This document shows positions 26,681-35,128 of a stretch of DNA of 64,000 nucleotides, in pieces. The notes under the pieces are model-generated. The model worked only from the letters and a program-made list of their open reading frames with translations, was not told the DNA's origin and searched no databases. Positions within the stretch are counted from its first letter, which is position 1; every line of letters starts with the position of its first letter. Source of the DNA: an uncultured Verrucomicrobiota bacterium (GTDB lineage: Bacteria; Verrucomicrobiota; Verrucomicrobiia; Limisphaerales; CAIYYI01); NCBI GenBank assembly GCA_903930345.1, contig CAIYYI010000096.1:6407-70406 (forward strand), in the 5' to 3' direction. A program made the translations under genes and the position numbers.

Positions 26681-27016
26681 GGCGGAGTTTTTGTTGTCTG
26701 TGCCTGGCAGTGTCTCCCGTTTGATCGGCCGGTCAAGCCGGAAGATGCTGGCGGTGGGCCTCACACAAAGCCACAAAGAACCTTCGTGTGAGTAATCGGT
26801 GTGGCTGGTCCTCCGTCTTTGGTCACGCTGCTCTGGGACGGGGAATGAGCCCACGATTGCTTCGCTCCGCAGTCTGGTGGAAGCGAATCCGATCAATCCC
26901 CGACTCGGGATGCTTCCAATCTGGGGTGGAAAAGCCATGGGGTTCGAGCCAGGGCCTGAGAGTTTTTTTCATTTTTGGCAAGACTTTCTGCCGATTTGTG
27001 GTTGAATCCCGCGCTC

Positions 27017-28120
27017 ATGTTAAAAGCTGGTATCGTCGGGCTGCCCAATGTCGGCAAGTCCACTCTGTTCAACGCCGTCACCCGCACTCGCAAGGCGGAG
27101 GCGGCCAATTATCCCTTTTGCACCATCGATCCCAATGTGGGGGTCGTCATCGTGCCGGACACCCGTTTGGCGGTGCTCGCCAAGATCGCCAAGACCAACG
27201 TCATCATCCCTGCGGCGGTTGAGTTTGTGGATATTGCCGGGCTGGTTGCGGGCGCTTCGCAAGGCGAAGGCCTCGGCAATAAGTTCCTGAGCCACATCCG
27301 GGAAGTGGATGCCATCGTGCAGGTGGTGCGCTGCTTTGAGGATGCCAACATCCATCACGTGGCTGGGCATGTGGACCCGGTGCGTGACATTGAAATCGTC
27401 AACACGGAACTGGTGCTCGCCGATCTTGAAGCGGTGCAGAAACGGATCGACAGGTCAGCCAAGGATGCCAAGCGCGGCGATAAGGTGGCTCTGGCCGAGC
27501 AGGCGGTGTTGCTGAAACTGGAGCCGGTGCTCAACGCGGGCAAGCCGGCGCTGATGGTGCAACTTACTCCGGAGGAACAGGTTATTTCCCGCCAGTTCTT
27601 CCTGCTGACGGACAAGCCGACCATTTTCGCCTGCAATGTCCGCGAGGAGGAACTCGCCCAGGCGGATAGCAATCCCTTTGTGGCCAAGGTGCGGGAGTAC
27701 ACCGGCACCCACCTCAACTGCGAGGCGGTGGTGGTGAGCGCCCAGATCGAGAGTGACTTGGTGGACCTGACCGCCGAGGAGGCCCAGGCGTTTCTGGCCG
27801 AATTGGGCGTGCAGGAATCCGGCATTGGCAAGCTCATCCAGGCCACGTATCACCTCCTGGGTCTGCGCACCTATTTCACTGCCGGTGAGAAGGAGACGCG
27901 GGCGTGGACCATTCACATTGGCGATACCGCACCCCAGGCCGCCGGGGTCATTCATTCGGATTTCGAACGCGGTTTCATCAAGGCGGAAACCGTTGCCTAT
28001 CAGGACTTGGTGGACTGCGGCTCCATTGCCGTCGCCCGCGAAAAGGGACTCTACCGGATGGAGGGCAAGGAGTATGTAGTCAAGGATGGCGATGTGATGC
28101 TGTTCAAGTTCAACGTCTGA
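27017..28120 (+). CDS. ychF: Ribosome-binding ATPase YchF
   Basis: From ATG 27017: [22 protein letters not shown]...[13 protein letters not shown]...[24 protein letters not shown]...[12 protein letters not shown]...[11 protein letters not shown]. 367 aa, colinear with YchF/OLA1. Confidence 0.95.
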   Translation: MLKAGIVGLPNVGKSTLFNAVTRTRKAEAANYPFCTIDPNVGVVIVPDTRLAVLAKIAKTNVIIPAAVEFVDIAGLVAGASQGEGLGNKFLSHIREVDAIVQVVRCFEDANIHHVAGHVDPVRDIEIVNTELVLADLEAVQKRIDRSAKDAKRGDKVALAEQAVLLKLEPVLNAGKPALMVQLTPEEQVISRQFFLLTDKPTIFACNVREEELAQADSNPFVAKVREYTGTHLNCEAVVVSAQIESDLVDLTAEEAQAFLAELGVQESGIGKLIQATYHLLGLRTYFTAGEKETRAWTIHIGDTAPQAAGVIHSDFERGFIKAETVAYQDLVDCGSIAVAREKGLYRMEGKEYVVKDGDVMLFKFNV

Positions 28121-28260
28121 CCGGGCGTCGCAACCAATCCCTGTTTGAGAATTATTTCAACCAAGGGGCAGAAAACAGTTTACTTACTTAATAACACTAA
28201 GTATAGTGCCCGTACCCTATGCCCATCAACACGCATTTGTGCTTGGCCTGCCGGACGAAT

Positions 28261-29295
28261 ATGAAACGCCCAAACCGGCTTACCTTGTGGGCGCTTGCCC
28301 TTTCCCTGGCGTGGATCGGTGTCACCCCGGTGTTCGCCGCCGCTGCCGACGTGCTCTTGTTCTCCTTCTTCCGCGGCAATGGTGAAAAGGGGGTCTATCT
28401 CGCCTGGAGCGAGGACGGCGTCAACTTTGAGGCGCTCAACGGTGATCAGCCGGTCATGCCCCCGGCGGACTGGCCCAAACAGAACCTCACCCGCGATCCC
28501 TCCATCATTCATCGCGATGGCAAATTCCGCCTGGTCTGGACCTCGAATTGGGATGGGCGCGTGTTTGGCTATGCGGAATCCACCGATCTGAAGACGTGGT
28601 CAGCCCCGGTGAAGGTGCAGCCGTTTCCCGCGTCGCTGCCAGAGCCGGATCAACCGGCCAATGTCTGGGCCCCGGAAATCCACTGGGATCCCATCCAAAA
28701 GAACTACCTGATCATCTGGTCAACCACCACCCCGCGCGAGGGGACCGATGGGGATGGGAGTTCGGACCGGGGTGGTGATGATGCCAAACATGACCATCGC
28801 ACTTACGCCTGCCGCACGGTGGATGGCAAGACGTTCACCGAGGCGCGCCTGTTCTTCGACCAGGGCTTCAGCGTCATTGACGCCTTCCTGGCGCTGGATG
28901 ACCGGGGCACAGTCACGGCTGCGGACGATCAGTGGGTCATGGTGGTGAAGCACGAGCAGGAGGTTGCGCGCGGCGGGAAAAACCTGCGTCTCACGACTGC
29001 CCCGGCGGATTTCTCCCGGCCCTGGGCACCCATCGGCCAGCCGGTGTTCGGTCCTGGCTCGCCCATCCGTCCCAAGGAGATGGTGGAGGGCGCCAGCCTG
29101 TTGCGCTGGCAGGGCCAGTGGTTTCTATACACAGATGCCTTTGCCAATGGCCACTATTCCATGGCTTCCTCCCCCGACTTGAAAAACTGGACGGATCGCA
29201 CCACGGAACTGCGCGTGCCGGCCAAGGCCCGGCACGGAACCATCTTTACGGCTCCCCGCGCGGCAGTCGGTTGGCTGGCCCCGAAACCCCAATAA
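28261..29295 (+). CDS. Exported GH43-like five-bladed beta-propeller glycoside hydrolase
   Basis: ATG 28261 (MKRPNRLTLWALALSLAWIGVTPVFAAAAD, signal peptide). GVYLAWSEDGVNFE, TRDPSIIHRDGKFRLVW, ANVWAPEIHWDP and similar repeats fit GH43/GH32-clan blades. The family assignment is tentative. Confidence 0.6.
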   Translation: MKRPNRLTLWALALSLAWIGVTPVFAAAADVLLFSFFRGNGEKGVYLAWSEDGVNFEALNGDQPVMPPADWPKQNLTRDPSIIHRDGKFRLVWTSNWDGRVFGYAESTDLKTWSAPVKVQPFPASLPEPDQPANVWAPEIHWDPIQKNYLIIWSTTTPREGTDGDGSSDRGGDDAKHDHRTYACRTVDGKTFTEARLFFDQGFSVIDAFLALDDRGTVTAADDQWVMVVKHEQEVARGGKNLRLTTAPADFSRPWAPIGQPVFGPGSPIRPKEMVEGASLLRWQGQWFLYTDAFANGHYSMASSPDLKNWTDRTTELRVPAKARHGTIFTAPRAAVGWLAPKPQ

Positions 29296-29348
29296 ATTGG
29301 CGGGAATGCTTGTCACCGGCGGTCCGCATCGGTAGTAAGGTGCCCACT

Positions 29349-29789
29349 ATGCAGAAAACGCTTGTGCTCTTGAAACCGGACACCCTGGCGCGCGGCCTTG
29401 CCGGTGCCATTCTGGCTCGCTTTGAAAATGCCCGCCTCCGGGTGGAGGATGGCCGTCTGGTGCGTCCGCCGCTGGCGCAGTTGGAGGCGCACTACGCCGA
29501 GCTGAAGGTCAAAAATGAGCGGGCCTTCCGGCGCACCACTCAGTCGTTGGTCGGCCAGCCTTTTCTGGCCCTGGTGCTTAGCGGCCCCAATGCCATTCAG
29601 AAGGTCCGCAATCTGACCGGCCCCACCGACCCGCTCAATGCCCCTGCCGGTACCATTCGCGGCGATTTTGGCAACGACACCATCACCCAGGCGGATGCCG
29701 AGGACCGCACCACGCACAACCTCGTGCATGCGGCGGATTCGGAGGCCTCCGCCGCCCGTGAGATTACCATTTGGTTCAACCCAATCTGA
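29349..29789 (+). CDS. ndk: Nucleoside-diphosphate kinase (divergent)
   Basis: ATG 29349, inside a longer track ORF. MQKTLVLLKPDTLARGLAGAILARFENARLRV...FLALVLSGPNAIQKVRNLTGPTDP..APAGTIRGDFG...NLVHAADSEASAAREITIWF aligns with the Ndk KPD, GTIRGD and N-x-x-H-x-x-D-S motifs. 146 aa. Confidence 0.8.
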   Translation: MQKTLVLLKPDTLARGLAGAILARFENARLRVEDGRLVRPPLAQLEAHYAELKVKNERAFRRTTQSLVGQPFLALVLSGPNAIQKVRNLTGPTDPLNAPAGTIRGDFGNDTITQADAEDRTTHNLVHAADSEASAAREITIWFNPI

Positions 29790-29794
29790 AACCC

Positions 29795-32200
29795 ATGACC
29801 ACACGACCTTTGCCTCAACCCAACCGCTCCGTGCAGGTTCCCCGTTGGCTCCTGATCGCCTTGCTGGGGTGGGGGGCGGTGGCGCGGGCGGACATCTCCC
29901 TGTTGACCCCGGAAAACCTGGCCGCGACTCTGCCGGTCCGGGTGCCCGCGCGGCCCTTTGCGCTGTCGGACGTGCGCCTGCTCGATGGTCCCATGCGGCA
30001 GGCCATGCTCCGCGACCGCCAGTACCTGCTCACCCTTGACGCTGACCGCTTGCTGCACGCCTTCCGGCTCAACGCCGGGCTGCCTTCCACCGCTGAGCCT
30101 CTGCGGGGCTGGGAGGATCCCAAGGGCGAACTGCGCGGGCATTTTGTCGGTCACTATCTCTCCGGCTGCGCCCTGATGTACGCCGCCACCGGGGATGAAC
30201 AGTTGCGCGAGCGGGCGGCGCTGATGGTGCGCGAGCTGGCCAAATGCCAGCAGGCGCTGGGCCCCAGTGGGTATCTGAGCGCCTTTCCGGAATCGTTCAT
30301 TGACCGTGTCGAGGCGGGCACCCGGGTCTGGGCGCCCTACTACACGCTGCACAAGATTCAGGCCGGTCTGCTGGATATCCATGTGCTCTGCGGCAACGCG
30401 CAGGCACTGGAATTGGCCCGCCGGTTTGGCGACTGGGTCTGCGCCCGCAATCAACGTCTGAGTGATGAGCAGGTGGAGCGGATGCTGGACGAGGAGCATG
30501 GCGGCATCAATGAGTCGATGGCCAACCTGTATGCGTTGACCGGAGAGAGGAAGTACTTGGAAACCGCCCGACGGCTCAGCCATCGCAAGGTGCTGGACCC
30601 GCTGGCAGTGCCGGAGGACCGGCTCAATGGCCTGCATGCCAACACCCAGTTCCCCAAGGTGATTGGCGCGGCCCGGCTCTATGAGCTGACCGGTGAGACC
30701 CGGTACCGGACCATGGCCCGCTTTTTTTGGGACCGCGTGGTGCACCATCATTCCTATGTGCAGGGGGGCAACAGTGATCATGAGCGTTTCGGTCCTCCGG
30801 ACCGGCTATCCGATCACTTGAGCCCGTGGACGGCGGAGAGCTGCAACACCTACAACATGCTCAAGCTCACGCGGCATCTCTTCGCCTGGGAACCTTCGGC
30901 GGCCGCCGGTGATTACTATGAGCGCGCCCTGTACAACCACATTCTGGCCTCGCAGGATCCGCGCACGGGCATGATGGCTTACCACATCCCTCTCTACGGT
31001 GGATGGTTCATGCCGTACAACACCACCAACAGCTCCTTCTGGTGCTGCACCGGCACCGGGGTGGAAAACCACGCCAAGTACGGCGACAGCATTTACTGGC
31101 AGGACCAAGCTGGGCTCTACGTCAATCTTTTCGTCCCCTCCATCCTGACCTGGCGTGAGCGGAACCTGGTGGTGCGGCAGGAGACTGCTTATCCGGAGTC
31201 GGATACCACCCGGCTCACCTTCGAGCCCGTAAAGTCCCTTAGGTTGGCGCTTCGGCTCCGACATCCCGCCTGGGCCACGGCGGGCATCCAGATCCGGGTC
31301 AACGGCCGGGTATGGAAGCACAAGTCTGTCCCGGGCAGCTTTGTCTCCGTGGATCGCACCTGGAAAAAGGGTGACGTCGTGGAAGTGAAGCTGCCCATGG
31401 CGCTCCGGGTGGAGGCCCTGCCGGACAATCCGCAGCGGATTGCCCTTTGCTACGGTCCGCTGGTGCTGGCGGGGGAGTTGGGCACCAATGGCCTGCGGGC
31501 ACCGATGCCGTACGCCAACAGCCAGGGCGATTTCTTTGGTGAGCGTCCGGCCCCGCAGCCGGTCCTGATCACCGCTGGCCGCCCCGTATCGGAATGGCTC
31601 CAACCAGTGCCCGGCCCCACCCTGGCCTTCGCCACCCGTGGCGTTGGCCGTCCGTCCGACCTCCGTTTTGTGCCTTTTTACCGCCTGGATCCCCAGCGGT
31701 ATTCCCTTTACTGGGATGTCCTGACGCTCGCCCAGTGGGAGCAACAGCGCGTGGCCCGGGAGGCGGCTGAACGTCGGGTGCAGGAGCTGGCGGGCCGCAC
31801 GGTGGATCAGGTTATGGTCGGTGTGGGTAACTCTGAGCGGGGTCACAAACAGCAGGGGGAAAAGTCCCAGTCGGGGGTGTTTCAGGGGCAGAATTGGCGT
31901 CATGCGGAGTCGGGAGGCTGGTTTTCCTATGAGCTGAAGGTTCCCGTCCAGGGTGCCGCCGCCCTGCTGGTGACTTATTGGGGGGATGATGCCGGCAACC
32001 GGGTGTTTGATCTCCTGGTGGATGGGGAAAAGGTCGCCACCCAGCGGTTGAATCGTGAAAAACCGGGGCAGTTCTTCGACGTTCAGTATCCGTTGCCGGC
32101 CACGCTCATCTCGGGCAAATCCAGGGTGACGGTCCGTTTCCAGCCGCATCCCCAGGCGACTGCCGGTGGTGTTTTTGATTGCCGCGTGGTCAAAAATTAG
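29795..32200 (+). CDS. Exported GH127-family (DUF1680, beta-L-arabinofuranosidase-type) glycoside hydrolase
   Basis: ATG 29795 with a signal-like WLLIALLGWGAVARAD. GHFVGHYLSGCALMYAATGDEQL, HANTQFPKVIGAARLYELTGE, TAESCNTYNMLKL (E-x-C) and SSFWCCTGTGVENHAKYG (C-C) match the GH127 fold and zinc/cysteine site pattern. The C-terminal ~150 aa is a beta-sandwich-like tail. Confidence 0.85.
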   Translation: MTTRPLPQPNRSVQVPRWLLIALLGWGAVARADISLLTPENLAATLPVRVPARPFALSDVRLLDGPMRQAMLRDRQYLLTLDADRLLHAFRLNAGLPSTAEPLRGWEDPKGELRGHFVGHYLSGCALMYAATGDEQLRERAALMVRELAKCQQALGPSGYLSAFPESFIDRVEAGTRVWAPYYTLHKIQAGLLDIHVLCGNAQALELARRFGDWVCARNQRLSDEQVERMLDEEHGGINESMANLYALTGERKYLETARRLSHRKVLDPLAVPEDRLNGLHANTQFPKVIGAARLYELTGETRYRTMARFFWDRVVHHHSYVQGGNSDHERFGPPDRLSDHLSPWTAESCNTYNMLKLTRHLFAWEPSAAAGDYYERALYNHILASQDPRTGMMAYHIPLYGGWFMPYNTTNSSFWCCTGTGVENHAKYGDSIYWQDQAGLYVNLFVPSILTWRERNLVVRQETAYPESDTTRLTFEPVKSLRLALRLRHPAWATAGIQIRVNGRVWKHKSVPGSFVSVDRTWKKGDVVEVKLPMALRVEALPDNPQRIALCYGPLVLAGELGTNGLRAPMPYANSQGDFFGERPAPQPVLITAGRPVSEWLQPVPGPTLAFATRGVGRPSDLRFVPFYRLDPQRYSLYWDVLTLAQWEQQRVAREAAERRVQELAGRTVDQVMVGVGNSERGHKQQGEKSQSGVFQGQNWRHAESGGWFSYELKVPVQGAAALLVTYWGDDAGNRVFDLLVDGEKVATQRLNREKPGQFFDVQYPLPATLISGKSRVTVRFQPHPQATAGGVFDCRVVKN

Positions 32201-32278
32201 TCCAGAGTCGGGGCGTCAGCTCACCCATCCTGAAGGGGCCCGCCAGAGTGCTTGGGGGGGCTGTCATCCATTGATTTT

Positions 32279-35050
32279 ATGCGACTCGTGAGCTTTTTTT
32301 CCGGTGTGGCCATTTTGGCGGCTTCCCTGGCCGTCTCGTTTGCCGCCGCTGACGCCCCGGCGGGTGTCGTCCGGTTGGAGTGGAATTTTGACCGCCCGGG
32401 GGATCTTCAGGGCTGGCAGCCCAACGGGGATTTGCGCCAGGTCGGCGTCACCAACGGCGTGCTCTCCGCCACGGCCGTGGGGGATGATCCCATCCTGGAG
32501 CTGCGCCCCCTGATCGATCTGCCCGCCTCCCCCTGGCAATGTCTGGAGCTGCGCCTCAAGGCCAGTCACGAGGGGAAGGGCGAGGTTTTTTGGACCGGCA
32601 CCACCCAGACCAAATATGGCGGTTTTTCGGGGGAGAAAACCACGCGCTTTCAGGCGGCGGGCGGTGGTCAGTGGCAGACCCTGCGGCTCTTTCCGTTCTG
32701 GCATTCTGAAAAGAAAATCATCCGCCTGCGCCTGGATTTGTATGCCGCCACCAGTTACGAGATCGATTTCATCCGCATTGTCGAGTTGCCCCACGCAGCC
32801 GCCCCGGTGCCGGCCCGGTTTGACTTCGCGGCGGGTGCCGCCTCGTGGCGTCCGTTGGGCTCCGCCCTGCTCGCCCCGACACCCGCCGGGTTGCGCGTGG
32901 AAACGCCGGCATCGGGCGATTTTATCCTCGCCCCTCCGGTGCGGGTGGACGCCGAGGAGAACAGCTTTGTCTCCCTCCGCCTGACCGCCACCAACGGTCA
33001 GTGGGGTCGTCTTTTCTTCGCCACCGAGCAGAGTGCCGGGCTGCATTCCTTCCGGTTCCCGCTGGTTGCGGACGGTCAGGAGCATGTGTACAACATTGAT
33101 ATGCTCCCGGCTGAGCAATGGAAGGGGCGGATCATCGCCCTGGGCCTTCGGCCGGTGGACGCTCCGGGCGGTCAGGCCCTCCTGCGTTCCCTCTCGGTCG
33201 CGGGCGAGCCTCAGGGGCCTCCGCAGTTGGAGGTGCGCGCCTTCGCTGTCGCGGAGGCAGCCCAGCGCGTGGGGATTGTCACGCGCCTGAGTGCCATGGT
33301 GCTGAACACGGGGGGCGACCCGGCCTCCAATCTGGTCGCCACCGTGCGGGTTCCCGCCGGTGCGCGCATCCTCAGCTCACCCGCCCCGGAACTGTTGCGC
33401 CGCCCGGTGATTGGCGGGGGCGAGGTGGTGCTGGACTGGGAGGTTCGCGCAGACCAGCCCGTGCGGGATAAAATCCGGCTTGAGCTGTCCGCCCCCCATG
33501 TCCGGTCGGTGGCGGCTTCGGAGTCGGTGGATTTCCAGCCTTTGCCCGCCAATCGGCGCAGCGATTACGTGCCGGTCCCGCAGCCGGTCCGGGGCCCGTA
33601 CGATGTGGGGGCCTATTATTTCCCCGGTTGGAAGACCGCCAGCCAATGGCAGCCGCTGCAGCGGTTTCCCGAGCGCCGGGCGGTTCTGGGGACATACTGC
33701 GATGGTGCGCCGGAGATCGCCGACTGGCACATCAAGTGGGCCGTGGAGCACGGCATCACCTATTTTGCCTATGATTGGTACTGGAGCAAGGGGGCCCGTC
33801 ACCTTGAGCATGGGCTTCACGACGGCTTCTTCCAGGCCAGGTACCGGAATCTGCTGAAGTTCTGTCTGCTCTGGGCCAACCACAACCCTTCGGGCAGCCA
33901 TTCCTTTGCGGACAGCCTGGAGGTGACCCGCTACTGGATCACCAATTATTTCAACCGGCCGGAATACTACCGCATCGACGGCAAACCGGTCGTGGTCATT
34001 TTCAGCCCGTACAATTTCCGGTCGGATATGGGTGTCGAGGAGGTGAACCGGGCCTTTGCGGCGATGCGCGCGGAATGTCTCCGGGCCGGTCTGCCCGGGC
34101 TCCACTTGTCCGCCTGCGTGGGCGGTGCCGGCCAGGTGAAAGGCCAGCATTACGATTCCGTCACTGCCTACAACTGGCCCGGACTCGGCGCAGGGGCAGG
34201 GGAGAAGCAGGCCCCCTACGCCACCATGGCCGAAGGCTACCGGCGGCAGTGGGACCAGATTCTGGAAAAGGACACCGCTCCGCTCCTGCTGCCGATTTCC
34301 GGCGGCTGGGACAGCCGTCCGTGGCACGGTGATTCCGCCCTGGTGCGGCACACCCGCACCCCGGAGGTGTTCAAAGCCCATCTGCGGGATGCCTGGCAGT
34401 TGCTGGAGTCGCGGCCCGCTGCCACCAACCTGCTCCGCAGCGTGCTCGTGGAGGCTTGGAATGAATGGGGCGAGGGCTCCTACATCGAGCCGCATAAGGA
34501 GTATGGCTTCGGCTACCTTGATGCCATCCGCGATGTCTTTGTGCCCGGGGTGCCTCCCGCCCACACCGATCTCACCCCTGTGGATGTCGGCCTAACCCCC
34601 TGTCAGGTGAAGCCGGAGGCCGGGTTCCGTTCCGCCTGGAGCTTCAAGGAGGGACTGCAAGGCTGGGACAACACCATGCAGACCACTCCGCCGGTGGTTC
34701 GGGAGGGGCGGCTTTCCGTCCGCACCACGGGCACTGACGCCGCCTTTTTCAGCCCCCCCATGCAGGCTGCGGCGGCCCAGTTTTCCCGGGTGGTGATCCG
34801 CCTCCGTCTCACGGGCCCGGCGGGCGGTCCCGCAGGCGATACCGCGCAGCTTTTCTGGCAAACCAGGCGCTGGCCGGAGAACGAGGCCAGCAGCCAGCGC
34901 TTTGCGGTCAAGGTTGATGGCCAGTGGCATGATTATTCGGTGCCGGTGCGTGAAAACCGCCGCTGGCAGGGCATCGTCACCCGGCTCCGCCTGGATCCCG
35001 GCAACCGCCCGGATATCGCGGTCGAAATGGAGAGCCTTCTTTTGGAATAA
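32279..35050 (+). CDS. Exported WbsX-like (PF14307-type) domain protein flanked by three copies of a ~140-aa beta-sandwich-like module
   Basis: ATG 32279 (MRLVSFFSGVAILAASLAVSFAAADA). The central region YDVGAYYFPGWKTASQWQPL...GTYCDGAPEIADWHIKWAVEHGITYFAYDWYWSKG...LLWANHNP...GKPVVVIFSP resembles the WbsX family. The repeated modules are described in the findings. Confidence 0.65.
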   Translation: MRLVSFFSGVAILAASLAVSFAAADAPAGVVRLEWNFDRPGDLQGWQPNGDLRQVGVTNGVLSATAVGDDPILELRPLIDLPASPWQCLELRLKASHEGKGEVFWTGTTQTKYGGFSGEKTTRFQAAGGGQWQTLRLFPFWHSEKKIIRLRLDLYAATSYEIDFIRIVELPHAAAPVPARFDFAAGAASWRPLGSALLAPTPAGLRVETPASGDFILAPPVRVDAEENSFVSLRLTATNGQWGRLFFATEQSAGLHSFRFPLVADGQEHVYNIDMLPAEQWKGRIIALGLRPVDAPGGQALLRSLSVAGEPQGPPQLEVRAFAVAEAAQRVGIVTRLSAMVLNTGGDPASNLVATVRVPAGARILSSPAPELLRRPVIGGGEVVLDWEVRADQPVRDKIRLELSAPHVRSVAASESVDFQPLPANRRSDYVPVPQPVRGPYDVGAYYFPGWKTASQWQPLQRFPERRAVLGTYCDGAPEIADWHIKWAVEHGITYFAYDWYWSKGARHLEHGLHDGFFQARYRNLLKFCLLWANHNPSGSHSFADSLEVTRYWITNYFNRPEYYRIDGKPVVVIFSPYNFRSDMGVEEVNRAFAAMRAECLRAGLPGLHLSACVGGAGQVKGQHYDSVTAYNWPGLGAGAGEKQAPYATMAEGYRRQWDQILEKDTAPLLLPISGGWDSRPWHGDSALVRHTRTPEVFKAHLRDAWQLLESRPAATNLLRSVLVEAWNEWGEGSYIEPHKEYGFGYLDAIRDVFVPGVPPAHTDLTPVDVGLTPCQVKPEAGFRSAWSFKEGLQGWDNTMQTTPPVVREGRLSVRTTGTDAAFFSPPMQAAAAQFSRVVIRLRLTGPAGGPAGDTAQLFWQTRRWPENEASSQRFAVKVDGQWHDYSVPVRENRRWQGIVTRLRLDPGNRPDIAVEMESLLLE

Positions 35051-35128
35051 CCGGCCTGACCGGAATTCTACAAAGATTGACCGGATTCCTCGTTGTCCGA
35101 TTCCGGGAATGCGCTACCATGGGCGCGC

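Noticed and set aside
26760-26916. Two imperfect hairpins in the 336-bp divergent spacer between the giant membrane gene and ychF (CTCACAC-19 nt-GTGTGAG at 26760-26792; GAAGC...ATCCC-6 nt-GGGAT-GCTTC at about 26880-26916).
   Set aside because: The stems are short, the loops are large, and there is no U-tract or recognisable riboswitch or sRNA signature. They cannot be distinguished from chance in GC-rich DNA without expression data.
26681-26938. N-terminal extensions offered by the ORF track: 26681-26938 for the giant membrane protein, 37909-38214 for recG, 60110-60253 for the SDR, 28932-29348 for ndk, 42275-42394 for trpD, 47839-47874 for metH, 26975-27016 for ychF.
   Set aside because: The extensions are Arg/Pro-rich or begin at non-ATG codons, and they precede the position where homologues or signal peptides start. 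An internal ATG matching the family N-terminus was chosen instead.
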